This document shows positions 52,568 through 61,379 of a stretch of DNA of 64,000 nt, piece after piece (the stretch's first letter is position 1; each line of letters starts with the position of its first letter). The stretch is from Elusimicrobiota bacterium (GTDB lineage: Bacteria > Elusimicrobiota > Elusimicrobia > UBA1565). Both the position numbers and the translations under genes were made by a program. Location: the NCBI GenBank assembly GCA_043819795.1, contig JBDREN010000095.1, positions 2,047-66,046 of the forward strand, written 5' to 3'. The notes beneath the pieces are model-generated. The model was not told the DNA's origin. It saw only the letters and a list, made by a program, of their open reading frames with translations, and made no database searches.

Positions 52568-54191
52568 CCGAGTGCAGTGTCTCACTATTCCCTTCGGCCG
52601 GCTCTTCCAAGAGCTCTCGGATGTCGGCCAGCAGCCGGCCGGGGTCCGCCGGGTCTCTCAAGACGACCATCCGCGCTCCCGCGACGCCGGCTTCCTGCCG
52701 GACGAGGCGCACCAGCGGATCGCCCGGGTCCGTGACCGCGATGGCCGCCCGCTTCGAATCCTCCAGCAGCCGCGCCACGCGAGCTCCGGGGAAAGGGCTC
52801 AGATAGCGCACGGGCAGCAGATTCACTCCCGCCCCTCCCTCCCGCCCGGCGTTGAACCGCAGCGCCGCGGGGCGCAGCGCCGCGCACGCCGCCCCCCGCG
52901 CGATGATCGTGACCTGAGCCCGTTCGGGCCCTTCGACGATTTCCGGCCGCAAGGCCTCCAGTATCGACGCCCGCTTGCGCCGGAGCTTCTCGATCCTGCG
53001 CGCCCGGGCCTCCCCGCGTTCGCGCTCAGGCGGACAAGCCGCGTGAAGAAGCCCCGCGTGCCCCGGCACCGCGCGCGGGGAGACCCCGCCGGCATCCGCG
53101 CCGTAACGCGGGTGATGAGCGTCCGCCCGGTCGGCGCGAGGGACGGCCCAGAGCCCGCGCCGCGGAGGACCGGCCACCGGCGGCAGCGGGACCGTCTCCC
53201 CGGAGCCGAGCAGCCCCGGCTCGGCCAGCAGCGTCACCGGGGTATGGAACGTTTCCGCGAGGTCGAACGCCTCCGCCACGCTCGCGTAGGCGTCCTCGAC
53301 CGACGTCGGTCCCATCACGACGCCGGCGAAAGCCTCGGTCCCCGCCGCGTCCGAAGCGACGAACACCGCCGGGACCTCGGCCCCCGCCGCCCAGGCCGCG
53401 GCCTGCGAGGCGAGCGCCGCCTCGCCCGGCGGCAGCTCGGCCATCGCGCGCGCGCCGGCGAAGCCCGCTCCGACGGCCATCAGAGCGGCCGACAAGGCAT
53501 CACCGCCCTCCGCCCGGATCATCGCGCCGTCGGCGACGCGCTCGCCGAGGACGCGCCCGGCGGCGGGGAACGAATGGAACCGGCAGCCGGCCACGAGCGC
53601 GCCGGCGCCGAGGGCGTCGCTGCCGCGCAGCGCCGCCAGCCGCCGGTCCGAAGCCGGCAGCGCGAAGCCCAGATCGGGGAAGTTCGCCGCCGCGTAGTCG
53701 TGGCCGGCGCTGAAGGCCGCCGCCGCCTCGGGCCCGTCCACCGCCGCGCAGTCGCGGGGCTCTATGCCGGCGATGCGGACGAGCGCTCCCGCCGCCACGT
53801 GGCCGCGCAGAGCCCGGCGAGGCGCCAAGCGGGCGAAAGGCAGGCCGAGCGCCCGGGCGCCGACGCCGGGCGCCGACTCCTCCCCGTCGCTGTCATAGAT
53901 GACGGCCCGTCCCGGCGCCGAGGCGAAAGCGCTCTCGTCCGGCGCGCCCCAAAACGTCTCCCCGTCCAGAGCGACCACGACATCCGGATCGGCGGGCAGG
54001 GCCTCGGCATCGCCCGCGCCGGTCCCGGCGCCCAGGCGGGACAGAACGCGCCCCCCCCCCGAGTCCGACGAGCAAAGCTCCAGGCCGTACACGCCGGAGC
54101 GGGCGCACGCTCGAAGGAAGGTCTCCGCGGCCCGGCGGACGCCGGCGGACTCCCGACCATAGAGCCAGACGGCCAGCGCGGTCCGCTTCAC
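52560..54191 (-). CDS. 2-oxoacid:ferredoxin oxidoreductase gamma-alpha fusion-like protein, degenerate
   Basis: Trimmed to GTG 54191 (GTGA overlap with the queF stop). The N-terminal gamma-like part reads AVWLYGRESAGV...ADPDVVVALD. The alpha-like part reads LRGSDALGAGALVAGCRFHSFPAAG...VVMGPTSVEDAYASVAEAFDLAETFHTPVTLLAEPGL. Very Ala/Gly-rich. Confidence 0.5.
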   Translation of the reverse strand: MKRTALAVWLYGRESAGVRRAAETFLRACARSGVYGLELCSSDSGGGRVLSRLGAGTGAGDAEALPADPDVVVALDGETFWGAPDESAFASAPGRAVIYDSDGEESAPGVGARALGLPFARLAPRRALRGHVAAGALVRIAGIEPRDCAAVDGPEAAAAFSAGHDYAAANFPDLGFALPASDRRLAALRGSDALGAGALVAGCRFHSFPAAGRVLGERVADGAMIRAEGGDALSAALMAVGAGFAGARAMAELPPGEAALASQAAAWAAGAEVPAVFVASDAAGTEAFAGVVMGPTSVEDAYASVAEAFDLAETFHTPVTLLAEPGLLGSGETVPLPPVAGPPRRGLWAVPRADRADAHHPRYGADAGGVSPRAVPGHAGLLHAACPPERERGEARARRIEKLRRKRASILEALRPEIVEGPERAQVTIIARGAACAALRPAALRFNAGREGGAGVNLLPVRYLSPFPGARVARLLEDSKRAAIAVTDPGDPLVRLVRQEAGVAGARMVVLRDPADPGRLLADIRELLEEPAEGNSETLHSDG

Positions 54192-54622
54192 CGGACACGC
54201 GGGCGCGGAGCGCGCGCAACGACCGTCGAGCGCATCCCGCCACGGGCCGTAAAGCTCCCCGTGACCCGGGCCCAGACCGGGCGCGCGGCCCGCACGACAT
54301 CGTCGAGGATCCGGTTGACGGCGTTCTCGTAGAAGATCCCCATGTCGCGATAGGCGAGGATATAGTGCTTGAGGGACTTCAGCTCGATGCAGCTCTCGCC
54401 GGGCAGATACTCGATCGTGATCGCGCCGAAGTCGGGCAGCCCGGTCTTCGGGCAGACGGAGGTGTACTCCGGGATGTCGATGCGGATCTCGTAGCCCCGG
54501 TATTGATTGGGCCAAGTCTCGATCGGCGGCAGCCGGTCCTTCGCGCCGGAAGCCGCGTGCCCGACGGTGTATCCCAGCCGGGTCTTCTTTCCGGACCGAA
54601 TCTTCTTCTTGGCGCGTTTCAT
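54188..54622 (-). CDS. queF: NADPH-dependent 7-cyano-7-deazaguanine reductase (QueF, unimodular type)
   Basis: Catalytic Cys context YTSVCPKTGLPDFG and the QueF motif IELKSLKHYI. Confidence 0.85.
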   Translation of the reverse strand: MKRAKKKIRSGKKTRLGYTVGHAASGAKDRLPPIETWPNQYRGYEIRIDIPEYTSVCPKTGLPDFGAITIEYLPGESCIELKSLKHYILAYRDMGIFYENAVNRILDDVVRAARPVWARVTGSFTARGGMRSTVVARAPRPRVR

Positions 54623-56598
54623 GATCTAAGTCTCCTTATCGAATTCAGCACGATGATCAAAGCGCTGACGGCGGCCGCCCCCGCCGCGTAACCCGGCCGA
54701 AACCAAGCGCCGAACCCCGGCACGAAAGCCCCGGCAGCGACCGGGATCAAGAGGACCTGCAGGACGAACGCCCACATAAGGTTCTCGCCGATCACGTTGC
54801 GGATCTCGGTCCCCAGGCGGATCGCCCGGGCGAGGCTCCCGAGGTCCCGACGCCGCAGCACGAGATCGGCCGCCTCGGCCGCGAGGTCGAACCCGCGGGT
54901 CGCGGGCGCGCGACGCCCGGCCTCAGCCTCGTCCCCGGGATCGGCCTCCAGAGCGACGCCCAAGTCCGCGTGGCTCAACGCCGGGGCGTCGTGGAAACCC
55001 TCGCCCACCATGGCGACCTTCATCCCCGAGGCCTGGAGCTCGGCGACGACCCGGACCTTCTCGTCCTCGACTACCTCGGTGAATACCTTTCTGATGCCCG
55101 CCGCTTCGGCCACGTGCCGGACCGCCGCGTTGCGGTCGCCGGAGGCGAGCACCACCTCGACGCCCATGCGCTCGAGCGCGCGCACTTGGTCCGCGACGCC
55201 CGGCCGCAGCGGATCGCGGAAGAAGAAGATGCCGGCCAGCGCGCCGTCGATCGCCAATGCCAAAAGAGGCTCCTTCCGCTGAAGCAGGTCGTTCAGGTCG
55301 CGGGGAGTCGGCTCGATGCCGTGCTCCGCGAGCCATGACAGGCTGCCGACGAGGACCCGGCTGCCGTCCACCACCGCCGAGACACCCCGGCGCGGATAGG
55401 TCTCCACGGACTCGACCGTAAGCGCGGCGGCCCTGGGGGCGCGGCGGAGGAGGGCCTCCGCATAGGGATGGCCGGACCGCCGACCCGCGGCCAGCGCTAT
55501 CCGCAGGAGGTGACCCTCCTTCCACTCCCCGAAGCGCAGCACCTCGGACACTTCGGGGCGCCCTTCGGTCAGGATCCCGGTCTTGTCCACCACGACGACG
55601 TCGGGCCGGAGCAAGGACTGCAGGACCGCGGGGTTGCGGATGCGCATGCCCATGCGCGCCGCGCGACGCATGCCGACCGCGAGGGCCGCCGGGGCCGCGA
55701 GGCCGAGGCTCCACGGGCACGCCGCCACCAGGACGAACGCGAAGGCGGTGAACGCCTGCTGAAGACGGGGCTCAGGCCCCTTCCAGGACCATAAGAGGGC
55801 CGCCACGACGGCGATGATCACCACGGCGGGCACGTACCGCTCCGCTAGGCGGTCGGCCAAGCGGGGGCCGGGCACCTTGGACGAGAAGCCCTCGCGCACC
55901 TCCGCGACCAGCTGCGAGAGCGCCGTCCCCTGCCCGCCGGGCGGGCCGGAGACCGTCAACGTCCCGTCCTTATTGAGAGACCCGCCGAGCACCCGGCTGC
56001 CGGCCGACTTTTCGACCGGCGCGCCGTCGCCGGTCCAAAGCGACTCGTCCACGCGGGAATTCCCCTCCACCACCTCCCCGTCGAGCGGCACCTGCTCCCC
56101 GGGGCGGACCACGACGCGGTCCGCGGCCAAAACCTGCCCGCACGGAACGATCGTCTCCGCCCCGTCGCGCAATACGCGCGCCGTGACGGGAATGCGGCGC
56201 GTGAGCTTCCAGACGGCCTCGCTGCTGCGCTCCGTCAGCCTCATCTCCAGCCAGCGTCCGAAGGACGGGAAGATGACCAGGGCCGCGATCGTCCCGAACA
56301 GGGGCTCCCGCACGCCGGGCAGAAGGACCTCGGGAATGAAGACGGCGACGGTGGCGAAAAGGAACGCGGCCCAGACGCTCACCGACACCAGCATGTCGGA
56401 ATCGGCGCGCCGGTTCTTGAAGCTCCGCCGCAGCCCCTCGTGGAACGGCGCGGCGCACCACAGGATCAGCGGGAGCGCGATGACCCAGGCCGAGTATTGC
56501 GACAACGCCAAAGGTCCCCGCAGCCAGAGGGCCGCCGACAGCGCCGCGCCCGCCAGCAGGCGACGCTTGGAAATCTCCGTCACCGGCCGTCCCTCCAC
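54619..56598 (-). CDS. P1B-like P-type ATPase without N-terminal metal-binding domain, non-canonical signature motifs
   Basis: 659 aa. Actuator DESLWTGDGAPVEK, TM motif ACPWSLGLAAP, phosphorylation site VVVDKTGILTEG, SGHPYAEA, LASGDRNAAV, hinge MVGEGFHDAPAL. Confidence 0.75.
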   Translation of the reverse strand: MEGRPVTEISKRRLLAGAALSAALWLRGPLALSQYSAWVIALPLILWCAAPFHEGLRRSFKNRRADSDMLVSVSVWAAFLFATVAVFIPEVLLPGVREPLFGTIAALVIFPSFGRWLEMRLTERSSEAVWKLTRRIPVTARVLRDGAETIVPCGQVLAADRVVVRPGEQVPLDGEVVEGNSRVDESLWTGDGAPVEKSAGSRVLGGSLNKDGTLTVSGPPGGQGTALSQLVAEVREGFSSKVPGPRLADRLAERYVPAVVIIAVVAALLWSWKGPEPRLQQAFTAFAFVLVAACPWSLGLAAPAALAVGMRRAARMGMRIRNPAVLQSLLRPDVVVVDKTGILTEGRPEVSEVLRFGEWKEGHLLRIALAAGRRSGHPYAEALLRRAPRAAALTVESVETYPRRGVSAVVDGSRVLVGSLSWLAEHGIEPTPRDLNDLLQRKEPLLALAIDGALAGIFFFRDPLRPGVADQVRALERMGVEVVLASGDRNAAVRHVAEAAGIRKVFTEVVEDEKVRVVAELQASGMKVAMVGEGFHDAPALSHADLGVALEADPGDEAEAGRRAPATRGFDLAAEAADLVLRRRDLGSLARAIRLGTEIRNVIGENLMWAFVLQVLLIPVAAGAFVPGFGAWFRPGYAAGAAAVSALIIVLNSIRRLRS

Positions 56599-57395
56599 GA
56601 CGTCTCGAGCGCCTCGAAGCTGTTCCAGACGCCGGGGAAGGCGGTCCGCACCGCCTGGTCGGCCGTTCGCCCTTCGTGCAGACCCTTGATGAACTGAGAG
56701 AAGCCCAGGCGCCCTCCCCTCTCGATCATGAAGCGGACGACGCTGCCGACCTGCTGATACCAGGCGTTCACGCTCCGCTCACCCTCGCCCATCGGCGCGA
56801 GGAGGATCATCTCCTGGAAGGAGACCGGGCTTCCCGGCCGGGCGGCGGACGCGAAACCCCGCTCGCGCATCGCCTCCTGTTCCTCATAGACGGCCAAACC
56901 CTCGTTCACCCACCGGTGCGCGGGGTCCGACCTGCCCATATATTCGTGGAAGATGAGGTGCGTCATCTCATGGGCGAGGACCCCGCTAAGGTAGGGCCCG
57001 TCGTAGGTATAGATCGTGTTCCCCACCGCGACGCCGCCGGACCATTCCGGCAAGCCGGTCTTCATCAGGAACTCGTCCCTCGTGGCATACACGACGACGG
57101 GGTAGAGCCCGCGCGGCAGGAACGAATAGAGCCCCGTATCGTTCATGGTGCGGCCGTAGAACTTCTCGGCGGCGTCGGATATCTTCTGCGCCCGGTCCGA
57201 GCCGTAGGCGTGGACCTCGAAATGGAGGCCCGAGAGCCGCTTCGCGCCGGGATCGAGCTCGCCGAAGCGGCGGCGCGTGATTCCGGTTGAGCCGGCTGCG
57301 CCGGCGCCTTCTTCGGGGGGCAGGGGCACGCAGGCCGCCAGGCAGGCCCCCAGCAGAAGGATGGATCCGGCGCGGAGATCGAAAAAGGCCTTCAT
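56580..57395 (-). CDS. peptidase-MA-like (HExxH) lipoprotein
   Basis: These are the last 271 codons of track ORF 56580-58943, starting at ATG 57395 (MKAFFDLRAGSILLLGACLAAC). Contains the HEMTH...NEGLAVYEE zincin motif. Confidence 0.75.
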   Translation of the reverse strand: MKAFFDLRAGSILLLGACLAACVPLPPEEGAGAAGSTGITRRRFGELDPGAKRLSGLHFEVHAYGSDRAQKISDAAEKFYGRTMNDTGLYSFLPRGLYPVVVYATRDEFLMKTGLPEWSGGVAVGNTIYTYDGPYLSGVLAHEMTHLIFHEYMGRSDPAHRWVNEGLAVYEEQEAMRERGFASAARPGSPVSFQEMILLAPMGEGERSVNAWYQQVGSVVRFMIERGGRLGFSQFIKGLHEGRTADQAVRTAFPGVWNSFEALETSWRDGR

Positions 57396-57527
57396 TTCAA
57401 GAAATTCTACCAAATCAGAAAAACGGGTCTCGCTCCTTCCGGGAGTCCCCGCGGAGATCGCCGGAAAAACGCGCCTCGGAATCCGCTTCCATGAAACCCC
57501 GCTTTGAAGTAACATACAATCCATATC

Positions 57528-58991
57528 ATGGAGTCCAAATACATGAAGCCCCCGCCCGTCCGGGTGCGGATCGAGCGGATCACGCCCGAGGGACAAGGCA
57601 TGGGCAGGCCGGAGGGCGGCGGGCCCGTCCACTTCGTCCGCTATTCGGCTCCCGGGGACGTTCTCGACGTGGCGGTCGAGCGGGTGCGGTCCGGCTACGC
57701 CCAGGCCCGTCTGCTCGAGGTCAGGCGGCCGGGCCCGGGCCGCGTGGAGCCGCGATGCCCCCTCCATTATAAGCCCCCGTGCCCCTCCGCGACGTGCGGG
57801 AAAATCTCTTCCGACCCCCATTGCGGAGGATGCGACTGGCAGCATCTGGCGCCGGAGGCCCAGCTCGAGGCCAAGCGGGAGATCGTGAGAGACTGCCTCT
57901 TCCGCATCGCGAAGCTGCGGGAGCCACACGTCCTGGAGACTCTCCCCTCGCCGGCCCGCTGGCGATACCGCAACAAGGTCCAGGTCCCGTTCGGCATGGC
58001 CCGCGGGACCGGGGGCGCGAGCCGCATCGTCGCCGGCTTCTACGCCCCCGGCACGCATCGCATCGCCGACTTCGCCGACTGCCTGGTCCAGCCCGAGCTC
58101 TCGGTGCGGCTGACGCTGAAGGTCAAGGAGCTCGCCCGCGGCTTCGGCTGGAGGATCTACGACGAGAACCGCAACGCCGGCTGGCTGCGCCATCTCTTCG
58201 TGCGGACCAACCGGAAGGGCCAGGCCCTGGCCGCCTTGGTCACGCGCACGCCGGACTTCCCGAAGCGCGAGGAGTTCGTGTCCGCCGTGCGCCGCGCCTT
58301 CCCCGAGATCGTCGGATTGTTCCAGAACGTCCAGCCCTTGGCCACGCCGGTCGTGCTGGGGCCGAGGTGGAGGAAGCTCTGGGGACGCGACCACATCGAG
58401 GAGCGTGTCGGCCGGCTCCGCCTGCTCGTCTCCCCCTCGGCCTTCCTTCAGGTCAATACGCCCGCCTGCGAGACGCTCTACGGAGTGGTGTCCGAGTTCC
58501 TCTACGGCGACGGTTTCCGGCCGCGCGTGGTCCTGGACCTCTACTGCGGCTCCGGCGCCATCGCGCTCTGGATCGCTCCCGGCTCCGAGCGAGTGCTGGG
58601 CGTCGAGGAGAACCGCGAGGCGGTCAGCGACGCCTGGGCAAACGCCCGGCTCAACGGCGCGCGCAACGTACGATTCCAGGCGGGCGGCGTCGAGACGGCT
58701 CTCGGCCGCATCCGAAAGGAGCTCTCCGCCGCCCCGGGCGGCTCCGCGGCCGCGGTCCTCGACCCGCCGCGGGCGGGATGCTCGAAGGTCGCGCTCAAGG
58801 GCTTGCGGGACCCGGCCCTCGCCAGGACGGTCTACGTCTCGTGCAACCCGGCGACCTTCGCCCGGGACGCCGACTGGCTCAGCCGCCACGGATGGCGCCT
58901 GACGCGCGTACAGCCCGTGGACCTCTTCCCGCAGACGTCGCACGTCGAGCTGGTCGGGCTCTTCGAGCGGTCGAGACGGCCCACGACATGA
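57528..58991 (+). CDS. rlmD: 23S rRNA (uracil-C5)-methyltransferase, RlmD/TrmA family
   Basis: TRAM-like N-terminus, Fe-S cysteines (CPLHYKPPCPSATCG...CGGCDWQHL), and SAM-MTase motifs DLYCGSGAI and VLDPPRAGC. ATG 57543 with a GGAG SD is an alternative start. Confidence 0.85.
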   Translation: MESKYMKPPPVRVRIERITPEGQGMGRPEGGGPVHFVRYSAPGDVLDVAVERVRSGYAQARLLEVRRPGPGRVEPRCPLHYKPPCPSATCGKISSDPHCGGCDWQHLAPEAQLEAKREIVRDCLFRIAKLREPHVLETLPSPARWRYRNKVQVPFGMARGTGGASRIVAGFYAPGTHRIADFADCLVQPELSVRLTLKVKELARGFGWRIYDENRNAGWLRHLFVRTNRKGQALAALVTRTPDFPKREEFVSAVRRAFPEIVGLFQNVQPLATPVVLGPRWRKLWGRDHIEERVGRLRLLVSPSAFLQVNTPACETLYGVVSEFLYGDGFRPRVVLDLYCGSGAIALWIAPGSERVLGVEENREAVSDAWANARLNGARNVRFQAGGVETALGRIRKELSAAPGGSAAAVLDPPRAGCSKVALKGLRDPALARTVYVSCNPATFARDADWLSRHGWRLTRVQPVDLFPQTSHVELVGLFERSRRPTT

Positions 58992-59076
58992 GCCGATGGG
59001 CCCAGGCGATTCTGGGCCCGACGCTCTGGCGCGAAACGATTAAACGGCTATACTAAGGGAACGGACGGAGGAGCCC

Positions 59077-60582
59077 ATGCGAAGAAACGGTTTGCTCGCC
59101 AAATGCCTGTCGTTGTCGCTTTCCATTCTCCTTGGAGGCGGAGCCTCGGTGCCGTCCGCCTTGGCCCAAGCGAAGGAGGCCGGAGAAACCGGCCCCTCCT
59201 ACTCCTGGAGCGGAGAGAAGGACCGCTGGGCCTCATGGCTGCCGATCGCCGCCGGTGGCCGGGACTTCCACTGCCGCGCCGAGGACTGCGGCGGGTATGA
59301 GGAGGCCCGCAAGAGCATCGAGAACCGGAAGGCGGGACGCGTCAGAGAGTTGTGGCGCGCCGGTCTCGACTTGGCGAAGCGCAAATGGAACCGCGAGCCC
59401 GAACCGCTCATCGGCGAGATATGGAAGAAGCCCGGCACCCGAGCCCCCCTCTTCGAGATATGGGACACGGGGCTCCCCGACAGGGAGGACGTCGTGGAGG
59501 TGCTGGTCAAAGACACTCCGTTCGTACTCTTCACCAAGGAAGACGACCCGAACCTCTACGCGACCATGCGCGGAGTCCCGGCCGATGCCAATCCCGCCGA
59601 GGCGAAGATCGTTCCGCTCCCCTATGACGAGGACGTCGTCCTGCTCGCCTGGCATGAAAGCGACGCCGAAAAGATGAAGGCGGCGGCCCCGGCGGAGGCG
59701 AAGAAGAAACAAGCGGCCGATGAAGACGCGGCGGCCGGAGCCGACGGGGCGACCTCGGACCCGACCATCCACATCCCGGCGGAGGACTCCACTCCGCTCA
59801 AAAAGGCCATCGCGCAGCGCTTCCCGGAAGAAGGCAATAGCCTGGAGCGGGCCGTCCTGGAGTGGCTGGCCACGGAGAAGAAGGTCCTGACCCTCGACGA
59901 CATCGTCAAGAAATCCGAGGAAGAGCTGACGGCCGCCATCGACGGCGCTCTGTTGGCGGAGATCGATGAGGCGAAGGACCCGAGAGAGGGGCTTCTGGGC
60001 TTCCTTGGCGGAAAGGGGATAGGCCTCGCCAAGGTCGGCAAGCATCTGCGCTGCGGCGAGCAGAAAAAGACGGAAGCGGCGGCGCAGACGGGCGGGCAGG
60101 AGAAGGGCTCGGAGACCGACAAAGGCAAGGCCGAGATCATGGCGGCGAGGGAACCCGACGGAGCGAGCACGCCGGAGGAGCTCAAACAAACCGGTGAGTT
60201 CCAGCTTCGCCGCGGGAACCACATCGTCGACCTGGGCGGATTCGGCGATCACGACGAGGCCTGCGACAAGCTCGCGAGCCTGAGCCAGATCACCCCTCCC
60301 CCCCAGACCACGAAGACGACGAAGACCGAGGAGCCCCCGGTGGCGGGCAAGAAGATCGAAGGCCCGATAACCGAGGACAAGGCCAAAGACGACGGCAAGA
60401 AGGAGGCCAAGGAGAAGTCCACGCTCATGAAGCGCGTGGCCCTGGGCGGCGCCTTCGGCGCCGTGGGCTTCGGACTCCTCGGGTTCATGATCGGCGGCCC
60501 CGCGGGCGCGATGGTCGGCGCGGCCATCGGCTTCGCCTTCGCGGGCGGCATGACCTTCATGGCCAACAAAGGTATCAAGTAG
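59077..60582 (+). CDS. hypothetical exported protein with C-terminal glycine-zipper membrane module
   Basis: GGAGGAG SD and signal peptide MRRNGLLAKCLSLSLSILLGGGASVPSALA. C-terminus LGGAFGAVGFGLLGFMIGGPAGAMVGAAIGFAFAGG. Confidence 0.75.
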   Translation: MRRNGLLAKCLSLSLSILLGGGASVPSALAQAKEAGETGPSYSWSGEKDRWASWLPIAAGGRDFHCRAEDCGGYEEARKSIENRKAGRVRELWRAGLDLAKRKWNREPEPLIGEIWKKPGTRAPLFEIWDTGLPDREDVVEVLVKDTPFVLFTKEDDPNLYATMRGVPADANPAEAKIVPLPYDEDVVLLAWHESDAEKMKAAAPAEAKKKQAADEDAAAGADGATSDPTIHIPAEDSTPLKKAIAQRFPEEGNSLERAVLEWLATEKKVLTLDDIVKKSEEELTAAIDGALLAEIDEAKDPREGLLGFLGGKGIGLAKVGKHLRCGEQKKTEAAAQTGGQEKGSETDKGKAEIMAAREPDGASTPEELKQTGEFQLRRGNHIVDLGGFGDHDEACDKLASLSQITPPPQTTKTTKTEEPPVAGKKIEGPITEDKAKDDGKKEAKEKSTLMKRVALGGAFGAVGFGLLGFMIGGPAGAMVGAAIGFAFAGGMTFMANKGIK

Positions 60583-60670
60583 GCCCTAGGGCCCATCCCA
60601 AGATTGCCCTTTCTTACCTTGCCGTGCCACGGCATTCTGCTATATTATTAGGGAAAGAATACAAAGCCCC

Positions 60671-61282
60671 ATGAAGACCATCCTGTCGTTCGCGCTCGCG
60701 AGCCTTCTGCCCCTGACGCAGAGTTGGGCGACGAATGTCCCCGCATCTGCCGGGAAGAGCACGACGCCTGTGCTGGGCGTTTCCGGAGACTACAAAGGCG
60801 ACACCGAGAAGGCCATCGCCGGCCTGGAGGATGCCGCCGCCGCGTCGCAGGAGGCCGCCTCAGGCGGCGCGATGGAGGACTCGCACCAGCGCGCCTCCGA
60901 GCCTTTCGAAGGCGAAAGCGGCCGGAGCGCCCCGGCCGTCAACGCGAAGCGCTCCGGGAAGAAGGCCGTCGCCAGGCTCGATCGCGCGTTCCCCGGGGAG
61001 AAGGGCTCCTCGCCCGCGCGCCGGAGCCCGTCCTTGACCGCGAACATCCCCGGGGTGGGCAACTCCGCGATAGTCGAGGACAAGGCCGTGGACGACGGCA
61101 GCGAGAAGAAGAAGAAGGCCGCCACCAACCTCAAGCGCACGGGGCTCGGCGGGGCCTGGGGGGCCGTGGGACTCGGCCTGCTCGGCTTCTTCATCGCCGG
61201 CCCGATCGGCGCCCTCATCGGCGCCGCGATCGGCTTCGCCGTCTTCGCGGGACTCACCCACATCGCCAATAACGGACTTTAG
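60671..61282 (+). CDS. hypothetical exported protein, paralogous C-terminal glycine-zipper module
   Basis: Signal peptide MKTILSFALASLLPLTQSWA. C-terminus LGGAWGAVGLGLLGFFIAGPIGALIGAAIGFAVFAG. Confidence 0.75.
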   Translation: MKTILSFALASLLPLTQSWATNVPASAGKSTTPVLGVSGDYKGDTEKAIAGLEDAAAASQEAASGGAMEDSHQRASEPFEGESGRSAPAVNAKRSGKKAVARLDRAFPGEKGSSPARRSPSLTANIPGVGNSAIVEDKAVDDGSEKKKKAATNLKRTGLGGAWGAVGLGLLGFFIAGPIGALIGAAIGFAVFAGLTHIANNGL

Positions 61283-61379
61283 TCCGATCGAACGCCGCAG
61301 GTATTCCCCGCTGCATCGAACGTCAACGGCGTCCTTACGACGGGATTTCCAATGACTAGACAGGGCAAGCCTGCGGCGC

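Noticed and set aside
57396-58943. Upstream ~515 codons of the 787-aa minus-strand ORF 56580-58943
   Set aside because: Only the last 271 codons (from ATG 57395, lipoprotein signal plus HEMTH zincin motif) look like a protein. The rest is Arg/Gly/Asp-rich and antisense to the well-supported rlmD gene.
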